A stretch of 63,442 bases of DNA, filler included, from Stramenopiles sp. TOSAG23-6 (taxonomy: Eukaryota): NCBI GenBank assembly GCA_900128565.1. It is 24 parts of 24 records of this genome, joined end to end, with 100 filler letters (N's around TTAATTAATTAA, not from the genome) between each part and the next. Parts side by side here need not be neighbours in the genome. Positions count along the whole stretch, not along the records: positions 39,786 to 42,329 come from LT637974.1; positions 42,430 to 44,971 come from LT637975.1; positions 45,072 to 47,612 come from LT637976.1; positions 47,713 to 50,253 come from LT637977.1; positions 50,354 to 52,893 come from LT637978.1; 19 more parts are not named here. One strand, written 5' to 3'. This document shows, piece after piece, positions 41,096 through 52,564 of the stretch (positions within the stretch are counted from its first letter, which is position 1; each line of letters opens with the position of its first letter). The translations under genes and the position numbers were made by a program. The notes beneath the pieces are model-generated. The model was not told the origin of the DNA. It saw nothing but the letters and a program-made list of their open reading frames with translations, and did no database searches.

Positions 41096-42086
41096 TTATA
41101 CGATAATACCACCTCCATTTTCACGAAATTTCTTGGAAAAAGTTGCTTCAATGTTTCCCTTCAATTGATTGGATAGTTTATTACCACTGAGGTTGATTGC
41201 GGTAATTGAAGTGTGAGAAGCCAACACAACAGAGATTTGCTCCGCCGCATCATCTTCTAGCCAATTCCAACTAAGGTTTAATTCAATGAGATTTTCCATA
41301 GACTGTAAAATAGAAGCAATGGCAATGCCACCTTCAGGAAATAGTTCAATACAGGAGAGATTGACCTTTGACAGTTTGCTTAATTGTAATAAAGCTCCAG
41401 AGAGATACTTTGCACTCTTTTTTTGTATTTTGTTATTACTAATGTCTAGTTCTCTTAGAGTGTTCAACCTACTTAACGACTTTGCAAATGCTTCAAAATT
41501 GTCAGAATTTATTTGACAACCACTCAAGTGAAGCTTTGTGAGCTTCAGTGAATCATTATATCCTACAATTCCATCTACAATAGCCTTTGCACCATTTGTA
41601 CCGAAACTATTCTCACTTAATATTAAAACTTCCATATTATTTAGTTTTCCTATTTCACTTCCCACTGAAATTGCGCCGGGTAAACCAATATCATTCCAGC
41701 CTATATCGATGTGCTTCAGAAATTGTAGAAACTCCGACAGAGCCAATTTCATTATGTGAAATGTCTAAACTTGTGAGCATCGTTAACTCTTTCAAAGCCT
41801 TAGCAACTGTCTGTGTCGAATTAGCATTGATATTATTACCTCCTAGATTCAATTTTATAAGGTCCTGTAATCGAGGCAAGTGTCGACAAATCACATCTAT
41901 AGACTTTGGACCACAGTCATTTCTAAAAACATTTAAATCTGTGAGGTGACTTTGAAATGGAAGAATTGCTGCAAGCTTTAGACCTCCTTGTGGACCCAAG
42001 TTGTGATTATACAAATTCATGGTATGTGATGCTACCCAAGCTTCGTCTTCTGCGGCGTTCATACGTTCCGCTACATTTGAAGACAT
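41096..42086 (-). pseudogene. RNI-type (28-aa) LRR protein with a frameshifting deletion near 41715
   Basis: Two overlapping ORFs with L.L..N.IG repeats; could be an assembly error. Confidence 0.6.
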
Positions 42087-42277
42087 TTATATAAAAATAT
42101 TGTTTCAGTAGTACTAGTTAAATCTTCTTGGGTGACTACAACAATTTGGTAGATACTTTGTAGACTTCTACGGGATATAGTAAGTACTAAAATTACCTGT
42201 ATACTAGCTAGTGTAACTGTAGTATTTCTTTGTTTTTGGGTAATGATTACTCTTTGTTCTCGAAGTCATTCGTCAAT

Positions 42278-42329
42278 GGGGTGTAGCTCACTTGGTAGAG
42301 CGCTCGCTTTGCATGCGAGAGGCAGGGGG
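42278..42329 (+). tRNA. tRNA-Ala(TGC), 3'-truncated at contig end
   Basis: GGGGTGTAGCTCA..TGGTAGAGCG D-arm; CTCGC-TTTGCAT-GCGAG anticodon arm. Confidence 0.92.
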
Positions 42330-42504
42330 NNNNNNNNNNNNNNNNNNNNNNNNNNNNNNNNNNNNNNNNNNNNTTAATTAATTAANNNNNNNNNNNNNNN
42401 NNNNNNNNNNNNNNNNNNNNNNNNNNNNNAAAAAAGATAAAAAAAAAAAAAAACAAACTAATCAAATATCAAATAAAGATAAAGATTTAGCATTTGCAGA
42501 CCTA

Positions 42505-43554
42505 ATGGCAACACCACCACCAATACACCAAAATTTCAAATCAGATGTAAATCAAAGTAATCGTACAACAGATCAAAACATAGGGACTCCAATTGGTATT
42601 TTAAGTGGATTTTATCCGATCAAAAGTCAAAAATCAAAGCTTACATCTCAGGAAATTGTAGGAAAGAAATCAAAAACGACACCACAAGGATTTGTACTAC
42701 GAAAAGGTTCAATAACTATACCTGAAGATAGTATTGATGCTCTCGGTGCTAATCGATATTCACAACCACCAAAACAGGAAGATTTTTCGGCACAAGATTT
42801 TGATTTTGACACTTCTGCTGATTTATTAATCCAAATGGCTGAAGCTGGTTCGAAGGAAGCTAGTGAACGTCTCGCGACATTATATAATAAAAAACAAATG
42901 CAAAATAGAGAGGATTTGTTTGATGATGTAAATATTTTGAAACAACCTATAACAAGCCCGGGTATACAAGAAACAAGAGATGTTGAAGACAAATTGAATA
43001 CAGCAAAAGTTAGCACTTTCAAAGTGTCTACTGATTTGACTGGTTTTATAACAAAAGGAGTGAAAATCTCTAAAACAGATGATAAATTAGATAGTTGGAG
43101 TAAAGTAGGAAATATTTCAAGTAATAAAGAAGAAAATCCACAAAGGAAAATTTATTCAAAACAAGATGAATTTACATCTTCAATAGATAATGAGTCAAAA
43201 ATATCCAGGAGTACAACTTCTAATAAAAGTGAAAAAATAACTAAAAGTAGTACTACTTCAAATGAAACGTATACTGAAAGTGGAACAAATACAAGTTTCG
43301 AGTATTCATTCGAAGACTCATTTGAAGAGGATGAATTAGAATTCCCTAATATTAAGCAAAAGGATAAAAGGGATGGTGGTCTCCTGAGTCTTATTGCGTC
43401 TCAAAAAGAAGTAAAAGATACCAACCCAGCCGATGATGAAAAAGATACCAACTCAGCCGATGATGTCGCAAGTGAAACATTTGGAAGCAGTTTTGGGCTA
43501 GAAGATGCGTTTGAATTTGATTCCTGGGATTCTGGAGGTTCTGTCACTGTTTAG
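42505..43554 (+). CDS. Hypothetical Ser/acidic protein
   Basis: 349-codon ATG-initiated ORF. Confidence 0.6.
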   Translation: MATPPPIHQNFKSDVNQSNRTTDQNIGTPIGILSGFYPIKSQKSKLTSQEIVGKKSKTTPQGFVLRKGSITIPEDSIDALGANRYSQPPKQEDFSAQDFDFDTSADLLIQMAEAGSKEASERLATLYNKKQMQNREDLFDDVNILKQPITSPGIQETRDVEDKLNTAKVSTFKVSTDLTGFITKGVKISKTDDKLDSWSKVGNISSNKEENPQRKIYSKQDEFTSSIDNESKISRSTTSNKSEKITKSSTTSNETYTESGTNTSFEYSFEDSFEEDELEFPNIKQKDKRDGGLLSLIASQKEVKDTNPADDEKDTNSADDVASETFGSSFGLEDAFEFDSWDSGGSVTV

Positions 43555-43615
43555 TTTTTAATATAAAAATGAAATTTGCTTTTTTGATTATAACTTTTAT
43601 TTCCTAATACAAAAC

Positions 43616-44950
43616 TCAATTCATCTGTGGCGAAAATCCATTTTTCTTCGTTGAAGTATCTGTAGGTCTGTAAGCTGGACTCGTTGGCGAATACGCTGGG
43701 CTTGTTGGACTATAAGCAGGGCTTGTTGGACTATAAGCAGATGACATTGGAGATGCTCCATCACCTCCGACGCCAAATCCAACTCCTACATCATCAAATC
43801 TTGGTGTTGCTCCAGGACTTGACATTCCTGGCGAAAACTGTAGATCCATACCTGGCGACATAATATCTGTCATTGGAGATGCAAGGATATTACCGCCAAG
43901 AGCTCCATGCATTGGAGTTGCAGCATTATTTACATCAGGTGTAACGACATCAAATCCTGTATCAACAGAAACAACATTTCTCGGTTCATATGGCATTGCT
44001 GAAAGCAGTGCATCTTCATCTAGTAACAATTCCATATCCCCAGATCCCATTGGGCATAATTGACCTAACATGACATTTTCTGTAACGCCCTTGAGTGGAT
44101 CTCTTTCAGCGAGAACAGCTGCATCCATTAAAATTTCAACAGTTTCCTCAAATGAGCATCTCATGAGCGGTCCAGAATCAACTCTGTTGATACCATGACG
44201 TGTAATAGGCATAAAGTGGCCACGACATGTCATAACATCAGCAAGCATTGCCAAATGTCTATAATTAACATAGGAACCATCAAATGAGATAACTCTCCTA
44301 ACTTCATTCAGTAATGCCGCACGAGCACCTTCGATACCAAATACCTGAATAGCTTCAACTACATCATTCGAAATAGTTCTTGTAGCATTTACATCAGGAT
44401 GACTGAGAACTTCTAGCAGATTTGTACCATCTGTATCAAGCACCCATTCATCTTTACTCTCAAAGGAATCACCGGTCCATACTTGCCGTTTGGCTTGTCG
44501 CATATATACTTTTGTAATACCCTCTATTCCACGAAGCTCCATTTGCGATAACATATTTTCTTCAATCTTTTTCAAAAACACATCTTCTTCATTGTCACCT
44601 GGTAAGGCATCTTCATCGTAATCTTCCTTTTCGTCATTATTCATTATACGAATACGTAAAACCAGATTTTCAGCGTTATCGTCAGAACGAATGCAAAGCA
44701 AATCATCTTCAAAATAATCTCGAATTTTGTTTGCAATTTCGGACATTGTAAGAAATTTATCCGTCATCGCACCAGTGTTTAATTCAATGCGGAGTAACCA
44801 AGGTGAAACTTGTTCCATATCAATTTCCTCATCCGGCATTTCAAAGTATTGTCGCACAAAATCACGGTCAGCTTCTATAACAGAATTTTCAGGGTCAGGA
44901 TCATACCATATAGATGTACTTGCAGTTACATCCTTGAGGGTTGTCCATTC
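43616..44950 (-). CDS. RPB1: RNA polymerase II largest subunit, C-terminal part
   Basis: SPWLLRIEL, WVLDTDGTNL, FDGSYVNYRHLA, LMRCSFEETVEIL, YSPTSPA heptads. Confidence 0.98.
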   Translation of the reverse strand, partial: EWTTLKDVTASTSIWYDPDPENSVIEADRDFVRQYFEMPDEEIDMEQVSPWLLRIELNTGAMTDKFLTMSEIANKIRDYFEDDLLCIRSDDNAENLVLRIRIMNNDEKEDYDEDALPGDNEEDVFLKKIEENMLSQMELRGIEGITKVYMRQAKRQVWTGDSFESKDEWVLDTDGTNLLEVLSHPDVNATRTISNDVVEAIQVFGIEGARAALLNEVRRVISFDGSYVNYRHLAMLADVMTCRGHFMPITRHGINRVDSGPLMRCSFEETVEILMDAAVLAERDPLKGVTENVMLGQLCPMGSGDMELLLDEDALLSAMPYEPRNVVSVDTGFDVVTPDVNNAATPMHGALGGNILASPMTDIMSPGMDLQFSPGMSSPGATPRFDDVGVGFGVGGDGASPMSSAYSPTSPAYSPTSPAYSPTSPAYRPTDTSTKKNGFSPQMN

Positions 44951-45171
44951 TTACTGCCACTGTACCATTTTNNNNNNNNNNNNNNNNNNNNNNNNNNNNN
45001 NNNNNNNNNNNNNNNTTAATTAATTAANNNNNNNNNNNNNNNNNNNNNNNNNNNNNNNNNNNNNNNNNNNNTAGAGTCATATGTCCTCCGTCCTGAGAGA
45101 CTATCTCTTGCAGTGTAATACGTTATGATAAGTATTACTACTATTCAAGTACTGTGTAGTTAAAGGTTAAT

Positions 45172-45987
45172 ATGACAAGTGAAGAGCCAACGAAGTTATG
45201 GGCTCCACATGAGGACTCAACTTTGTTGATGGCAATTTATGAACGACCCGAGGTTGCAAATGAGGATAAAAACTGGGCATTTGTCTCCTCAAAATTGCCC
45301 CACCGTTCTGCAAGTGAGTGTCAAAGCCGGTGGAAAACACATATTGACCCAAAACTTACTGTTCTCGGGGATACAAACGCAAGTGTACCTCCGTGGTATC
45401 GGACTGATTTTGTGCTAAACCCAAAGTCAATTTACTACTCAGAAGGTACACCTGCAGAAATGAGTATGGCTTTAAACCAGTTGCACAGTATTTTGAATCA
45501 ACCCGTGCAAACGGGTAAAAGGCCCGTTGGCCGACCCAGAAAAGTTCAACAGCCAAAGATAGAACCAACGTACTTCAATGAATTGAGAAACTCAGTTAAT
45601 GGTATAAAACATTCTCGAGTTAGTTGTAACCAAGTACNACCCAATAAAACACAGTATTTACCACAGACACAAANACTCAATNATAATAAAGGTAAGCAAA
45701 AGCGAAGACGTTTACAATCTCTTGAAAAAATTAGAANACAAATGGGAGGAGACCAGAAATGGCATAGTGTGAACCACGATGAACTGAGAANTGTTATGAG
45801 ATGCCAAATTTTACGTTTGCTNGACTCGAAGGGACACTCGGAAGATGCGATGGTTACAAAAGAGAAGAAGCAGAATCTAGCAGCGATAGTGGAATCATAT
45901 TTGTATCAATTTGCACATTCTCNTGAAAATTACAGCGANTCTTTATCTTTGCGTCAACGTGTTACAGAAATTATTCATAGATTATAA
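45172..45987 (+). CDS. Myb-domain protein with an AT-hook and a possible KIX/Med15-like C-terminus
   Basis: WAPHEDSTL...WAFVSSKLPHRSASECQSRW; KRPVGRPRK. Confidence 0.75.
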   Translation: MTSEEPTKLWAPHEDSTLLMAIYERPEVANEDKNWAFVSSKLPHRSASECQSRWKTHIDPKLTVLGDTNASVPPWYRTDFVLNPKSIYYSEGTPAEMSMALNQLHSILNQPVQTGKRPVGRPRKVQQPKIEPTYFNELRNSVNGIKHSRVSCNQVXPNKTQYLPQTQXLNXNKGKQKRRRLQSLEKIRXQMGGDQKWHSVNHDELRXVMRCQILRLXDSKGHSEDAMVTKEKKQNLAAIVESYLYQFAHSXENYSXSLSLRQRVTEIIHRL

Positions 45988-46016
45988 AAGGAAATTATTC
46001 ATAGAAACATAANTTA

Positions 46017-46613
46017 TTATTTCGTTTTACCTACTGTTAAATAACTCAAAGTCCCTTCCTTTATCATCTTTTGGTTATTCAATTCAATTTCAAGTAATTG
46101 TTTTTCCTGTGACTTCATCATTGAAATCATTTGTTTCAATTTTTCCTTTCGGGACAGATAAACATTATTTATCGATATCACAGACGTATCACTATAGGAA
46201 GACTTGTCAACTGTGACGTCATCATTGTTCGTTGAACTGACCTCATTTGTCAAATAAGTTTTATCTTTCACTGTTTTGCTTATATCATACACGTGTTCTA
46301 TAGTATTGCGTCGTTGCTCGTACGCATGGTTAGCTCGAGTTGTCTGCAACTCCTTTGACAACAAAGACAAAACTCGGTCACATTCTACAGATATAGTTTC
46401 TAATACTCGCGCTTCCTTTATCACGCTACCCAATTTTGAACTACTTACCTTACAAGTCTTGACTTTAGATCCTTGAATCTCTTTGGCATCTAAATGTTTG
46501 GCTCCATTTTGTATGGGCGAGGCACCTGCTATTGCATCAACTATGAACTTCTCAACCTTGCAAGCGGAACGGTCAAATTGGTGCTCAAGAATGCCGCAAA
46601 TGTCAGTCATCAC
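46017..46613 (-). CDS. Hypothetical protein
   Basis: 198-codon ORF. Confidence 0.45.
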   Translation of the reverse strand: MMTDICGILEHQFDRSACKVEKFIVDAIAGASPIQNGAKHLDAKEIQGSKVKTCKVSSSKLGSVIKEARVLETISVECDRVLSLLSKELQTTRANHAYEQRRNTIEHVYDISKTVKDKTYLTNEVSSTNNDDVTVDKSSYSDTSVISINNVYLSRKEKLKQMISMMKSQEKQLLEIELNNQKMIKEGTLSYLTVGKTK

Positions 46614-47014
46614 TCTACTATCAACAACATATTGATTAGCAGGATTGCTATATTGAAGACACCGAATATCAATAAAGTGNAGTGGTGATAAAAGCTAGAT
46701 ACCACAACTTATACGCTGCTCAATTTGTTGTATGGAATACTAACAACTTTAGTGAGAATACGTCTACTACACGTCGTACCGAATTGTATTGTACCGAATT
46801 TGGACTTTTGACCTTTTGTCACCGAAAATTCATTATAACCCTAACCCTAGCTGGCTGTTTGGAATATTGAAACTGTCGTGTGCTAACAAATATACTGGTC
46901 CTACGGACGTATAATAGCTAATCCTAATCACTTTTATTATATGTTTTGTCATAAAAATGCAACAATTGAAAAAGTTTTACTGTTCATAGAACAACAACCT
47001 AATTCTAAGCATCA

Positions 47015-47527
47015 ATGATATCTCGTCCTGGAACCCGAAAGGAAGAAGGCTACGTAGAGGCTAAACGTCGTGAAGCGGCTGAGCTAGAGGCAAAATTAGC
47101 ACAAGAAGCTCGAGAAGAAGATTTAAAACGCAGGGCAGAAGAAAAAACACGAGCTCTTAGAAATAAACAACTTGATGAAAAGAGAGCTTCTGCGACAAGA
47201 ATTTCTCGTATGCGCACTCTTTTGGAATCGGCATTAGATGGAACGACGAAAGCGGGAACAGTTCGTCTAGATCCCGAAAATTATTGGGCGTATAAGACAA
47301 TAAAACCTGGAAATGCAACTCATTATCCGAGTCAAGGAGGATCTGTACGAATACAATACACATCATATCTTCCAGATGGAACCATATATGACACAACAGA
47401 TGCACGAAATAAACCCATCACTTTTTTAATTGGGCTTGGTCGCGTTATTCGAGCATGGGATGAAGCACTGGTTCAACTAAGCGTTGGTGAAAGTATTATT
47501 CTTTTGACATTCCCTCAAAAGGCATAT
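47015..47527 (+). CDS. FKBP-type peptidyl-prolyl isomerase with N-terminal coiled coil, partial; family intron starts at 47528
   Basis: YTSYLPDGTIYDTT..RNKPITFLIGLGRVIRAWDEA...P..AY. Confidence 0.9.
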
Positions 47528-47716
47528 GTTGGTTCTCCAACTGAATTTCAAATATTTTTTTTTCGTACGAAATTTTGTACCTAACAAATTTTAGTTTTTT
47601 TTTTGAAATATTNNNNNNNNNNNNNNNNNNNNNNNNNNNNNNNNNNNNNNNNNNNNTTAATTAATTAANNNNNNNNNNNNNNNNNNNNNNNNNNNNNNNN
47701 NNNNNNNNNNNNATAC

Positions 47717-48775
47717 TTCGAGATTTGATAGTTGACCAATTTCTGCTGGAATTTTACCCGATAGTTGATTGCCTTTCAAGACCAACTTAACAACACTAGT
47801 GCGTGTACGATTACATGTTACACCATGAAAATCGCAAACACGGCTATCTTCTCTCCAATTTGAAGGTCGGTTAGAGAATTTCATTAAAGCTTTTCTTGCA
47901 TTTAGAATTTCTTGTGACGGGCACATACTGTATATATCACCTCCATCATATGACACTTTACAAGTGTTAGCATATTTACAAAACGATTTCCGGGAAAGGT
48001 CTGTGCATAAACCTGTGTTTTTTGATAAGTCCAAACTTTGGAGTTTTTTCAGTTGACCAATTTCTTTTGGAATTTCACCCGATAGTTCGTTGTTGTTCAA
48101 GCTAAAACGTCTGAGATCTGTTAGTTCACCAATTTCTTTTGGAATTGAACCAGATAGATTGTTGTTTTCCAATTGCAAGGTGTAGAAATTTGTTTTTAGG
48201 TGACCGATTTCGTATGGAATTGAACCAGATAGTTGGTTGTTTTTCAATTTCAAATGCCAAAGGCTTGTTAGTTGACCAATTTCTTTTGGAATTGTGCCAT
48301 GTAGGTTGTTGTCATTTAATCCCAAATATTTGAGACTTGTTAGTTGACCAATTTCTGTTGGTATTGAACCAGATAGTTGGTTTATGTGCAAGACCAATCC
48401 TTTAAGACTTGTTAGTTGTCCAATTTCCGTTGGAATTGTTCCAGTTAGTTTGTTGTCATCCAATCTCAAATCTATGAGATTTTTTAGTTGACCAATTTCT
48501 GTTGGAATTGAACCAGATTGGTTTCTTTCTTTCAGTTCTAACCCTATTACAGCGGTTTCATCAGGATTGCACTTTACGCCCGACCAACTGCAAACAGGAT
48601 TAGATTCATTTATCTCCCAGGGTGGAAAATTTACCCACCCCCAACGGTTTCCACAATTTGCGAAAAAGAACTGCGCATACAACTTTTGTAGAGCATCCTT
48701 TTCTTCATCAGATACTTCACCTTTAGCGCAATAAGTAATAAATACCATCAATAGTGCAAGTAATTTCATCATCAC
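47717..48775 (-). CDS. Secreted/receptor-like protein with plant-type LRRs and two LRRNT caps, partial
   Basis: Signal peptide, CSWSGVKC cap, LSGSIPTEIGQLTSL repeats, second cap CDFHGVTC. Confidence 0.9.
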
Positions 48776-49191
48776 TTTTCATGTATAGGTACAATAGCAT
48801 GTAAAGACTGTAAAAGAAACGTATTGTTGCGCTCTCTTCAATAGACGATTTCTATTGTAAACACAAAAAAAAAATTAAAAAAAGATAGCAAAAGATAGCA
48901 AATCATCGAATCCAAACATCAGCTGCAATAAATCGAAATCAAAATCGAAATTAGACCGCGTTTTTTTTTGTTTGATCCATCAAATAAATCAATTCTTAAT
49001 TTTTTTCCTTCCTCTTGAATATCAAACTCACAGAGTTAGAGAGTCTTTTAAAGTGAAAGGATTCCCCTCAATTGTTTACGTATATTATATATATATTAAT
49101 TATACATACCATCCATTTGCAAAGGCTGATTACGAAAAAAAAAATCAGAAGGTAGAAACATTTGCTTTTTCAGTATATCTTATTAATGACA

Positions 49192-50034
49192 ATGCAGAAT
49201 AGGATCCCTCGTAATAGTGTTAAAAAAGAAGGGAAGCAACTTTGGAAGAGTGTATTACGCCAAAGATTAGTTGCCCGTGTAAAGAAGAAGCGAAAAAGTA
49301 TACTTGCCGATCGCCGTAGAGGAGTTGGCTCTTTAAAAGCTGAGCGAGAAAAACTTAAAGCATTAGTTTGTGAAGAATGGAACGCTTGTGCTCCAACTTC
49401 AATGAGCATATGCACTGATGAAAATATAAACGGTAATAAACATGTAGACATTGACATAGAGGATATTATGGGACGGAATGAATATATAGACATGATGACA
49501 TTTTTAGAGGAGTCTCTGTATGAAGAACTTCAGGCGGAGGAAGACGCTTTATTATCAAGCATGAGCGCCTTGGGCATGAAAGAGCGTGATGCAAAGGACC
49601 TAGAAGCGTGTGAAAAAGCTGAAAAAGCTGAATTAGAAGCTCTAAGTGCATTAGTTACACACCATGAAAGTAATGAAGAGGAATCTGTTTTATGTCCCTG
49701 CTGTACAAAGGGCTACTTACAGCAATCTGTATGTTTTCAAGATGAATTTCAGTTTTTTTTTGTACCAAATTCCGTACCTAACGTTTTTTTTTCTAAAATA
49801 TTTTTTCACCTACATGCCAATGGCGTCATTTTATGTACCTGTGGAGTGCGAATAGACACACGAACGGACGGAATTAGTTTGACACAACTAGCGGAATTAC
49901 TTGGCCAAACATATCAAAAGCATAACTCTAAATGTACCTCAAAAATTGAGTTTAAAGTTCAAATGAAATTTGCCTATCAGCAGATGCTTGTGGCAGAGTG
50001 TAAAAGTTGTGGATTGTTTGAAATTGTTGTTTAG
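49192..50034 (+). CDS. RPAIN: RPA-interacting protein-like, 2 exons
   Basis: WK..LRQR..ARVK..R N-terminus; C-terminal CP.C, CTCG, H...C, C..C zinc module. Confidence 0.75.
   Translation: MQNRIPRNSVKKEGKQLWKSVLRQRLVARVKKKRKSILADRRRGVGSLKAEREKLKALVCEEWNACAPTSMSICTDENINGNKHVDIDIEDIMGRNEYIDMMTFLEESLYEELQAEEDALLSSMSALGMKERDAKDLEACEKAEKAELEALSALVTHHESNEEESVLCPCCTKGYLQQSVCFQDEFQFFFVPNSVPNVFFSKIFFHLHANGVILCTCGVRIDTRTDGISLTQLAELLGQTYQKHNSKCTSKIEFKVQMKFAYQQMLVAECKSCGLFEIVV
49729..49815 (+). mobile_element. GT-AT introner-like intron
   Basis: CT|GTATG...CACCTACAT; joins YLQQS|ANGVILC. Confidence 0.88.
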
Positions 50035-50354
50035 AAGCCAATTAGGGTTAATTACATATATTAATAATATAAAGCTTCAGCTACATATACTAATAACTAA
50101 TGCCATATAATGAAAGTATTGAGTTCAAATATCATTATATATAGTTTATAAATGACAATTGTATAATATGATAAAGCTTTGGTACGTCATATATATATGA
50201 ATATTCTAATATTATATACAAATTCCATATCTAATTAATTATATTACTCTTTTNNNNNNNNNNNNNNNNNNNNNNNNNNNNNNNNNNNNNNNNNNNNTTA
50301 ATTAATTAANNNNNNNNNNNNNNNNNNNNNNNNNNNNNNNNNNNNNNNNNNNNC

Positions 50355-50445
50355 ATGTATTTTAGAAAAATATTTCAAAAAAAATCCTTAGGTACAAAAT
50401 TTCGTATGAAAAAAAAATCAAATTTGAAAAAAAAATAAAACATAC
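50355..50445 (-). mobile_element. GT-AT introner-like intron
   Basis: Splits an EF-hand loop after DADDS. Confidence 0.85.
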
Positions 50446-50895
50446 ACTGTCATCGGCGTCAATTTGTTCAAACAAAAGTTTTGAACGGCAAAATATGCTA
50501 TCGGTATTAAATGTGCCCCCTAAATCTTTGTCCAAATTATTTCCTATTAAAGTAGTACTCGCGCTTGTACTTTTTTTATATGTGGCTCCTTTTTTTACCC
50601 CACCTTGAAATCCTGAAACATATGATTCCGCATGTTTTAGCCAAGGCTCAAAACCATCGTCTGAAGCTGCTGCCCAAGCAAAAAATGCAATCCATTCACT
50701 CATATCTATTCGCATGTCACGTTTCTCTTCACTGCTTTGTCCATCACACCACCGCAGATAATCTTTTGCCAATTCACCGCCAAATACCCGCTTGAGTTCT
50801 GAGTAGTTCAAAACACCTGAGTTGTCAATGTCAATGCTCTTAAAGACTGCTCGTGCTCGATCTTCATAAGGCGCATCTATGCATGTTTCATTCAT
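50446..50895 (-). CDS. EF-hand calcium-binding protein, first exon
   Basis: FKSIDIDNSGVLNYSEL; FEQIDADDS. Confidence 0.82.
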
Positions 50896-51300
50896 TTGGA
50901 TTAATTGGATTTTATATTATCCAATGTAGCAAAAGCTTTGTTTTGAGCAATAGGCAAATGAAACCACTGCTATTGTTTTAATAGGATGTTGATAGTAATA
51001 GTATTCTAAAGTACGACCGTTAAAAAAGTATAAATAACGGTCATTTTCCCAAAAGTAGTCGTAGCTTTTCCCTTGGTAGCTTAATACGTACTATCTACGT
51101 ATGCAACTTACGACAACGTGTAGCTATTTAATAAATACACAAACTACAACAACCCTTAAAATCTTATTTTAAATGGATCTTCCACATAGGATTAGTTTTT
51201 GCTGCCATGCAGACTTCCAACATTGAAAGACAAATAAATGTAAAAAGAAAAGAATCTTCAAAATAATAACAACTTAAAAGTTCTCACCGTCAATTTTTAA

Positions 51301-52564
51301 ATGTTCCCCAAGCAGGGAGTTCCAAACTTTACTTATCGAACAACGAATGTTAAAAGCTCAATTTCTACTAAAGATAATATTGCTTCTGAGACTAGCAAAT
51401 CATTTTTAGAGGAAATCAATTTTACAAAGAAGAAAAAGAATGAAAAGCGTACTTCAAAAGAAGTGAAAGATATTAATCGTTTTTTGTTACAACGCTTAGC
51501 CTTTGGGACACAAAACTGCCCAAAAACAGCTAGACATACACTAAGAAGTCGGAGTCGATATAGAAGATTAATTATTTCACATTTCCCAAAACCTCGACCC
51601 AAAACTCCTGTGATTATACCACCTTTATTAGCAGAAAAACTTGATATTCTTGAGAAAAATATCACTTGTGATTTGCCTGAAAATGCAGAAAAGTTCAAAA
51701 AGTCTTTTCATATCAGTGAAAAAAAAAAAAAAATAGTTGGAGAATTGGCAAAAATGTCAAATGCCTCTTCAAGTAAATCAACCACTTTCTCACAAGATCC
51801 AAAGTCGTTTATTTTCAATTATGAAAAAGACTTTTGTGATCGTCACATACTAAAAAAACGCATTACAGCATTTAGTGTGACATCTGCAGTTCAAATTCAG
51901 AAATACCAATTCTCCAATTTGGGTAAAAGTGTAAAAGAGGAAAAACCTTTGATATGTAATCTATGCCAGTTACCTATATTATTTCCAAATCCATTTTCGA
52001 TAGGTCGGGGTTCCAAATGTATGTTTTCAAAATTATCTAAATTGATCTAAAATTATCTAAATTGTGTTGAACCAAATTTTGTACCTCATGAATTTTTTAA
52101 CCAAAAAAAAAAAAAAAAAAAATATTTTTTCACAAAACATCATCCCACTTTTCTTATTACTGTATAAAATGTTCTTTCCAGGCATGTAGTAAATGTGTCA
52201 TGAATCAAAAACGCGCAAGGATTAAATCAGCAATTGCATCTATTATGGCACAAACAGCAGCAACTTTTGCTTGTGCTATTGCCGAGGAGACTTGTACATT
52301 TTCATGATTATTTTTTTACCTAAATTTGTTTTCGTAGTAAATTTTGTACCTAACGAGTTTTTTACTACATCAAATAATAAAAATATGTTTCACAACACAT
52401 TATCTTTTGTTATAGAAAAGACAAAGGCTTTTCGAGCCAGACGCGAAGCTGCAATTTGGGCCTTAGGAAGACATATCGTTTATCGTAGACGTGATGTTGT
52501 CCCTGAAAATAAGTTAAGATCAATATTGTATAAAAGGAGTCACAGAAATTTACCACATAAATAA
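51301..52564 (+). CDS. Hypothetical protein with a Cys-rich zinc-finger-like segment, 3 exons
   Basis: CNLC...YYCIKCSFQACSKC assembled after removing two introns. Confidence 0.6.
52019..52140 (+). mobile_element. GT-AT introner-like intron
   Basis: GTATG...GTACCTCAT...CACAAAACAT. Confidence 0.82.
52294..52400 (+). mobile_element. GT-AT introner-like intron
   Basis: TT|GTACA...CACAACACAT. Confidence 0.82.

Noticed and set aside
47717-48775. Plant-type LRR as evidence of horizontal transfer
   Set aside because: Such LRRs are common in stramenopiles and other protists; nothing here supports transfer.
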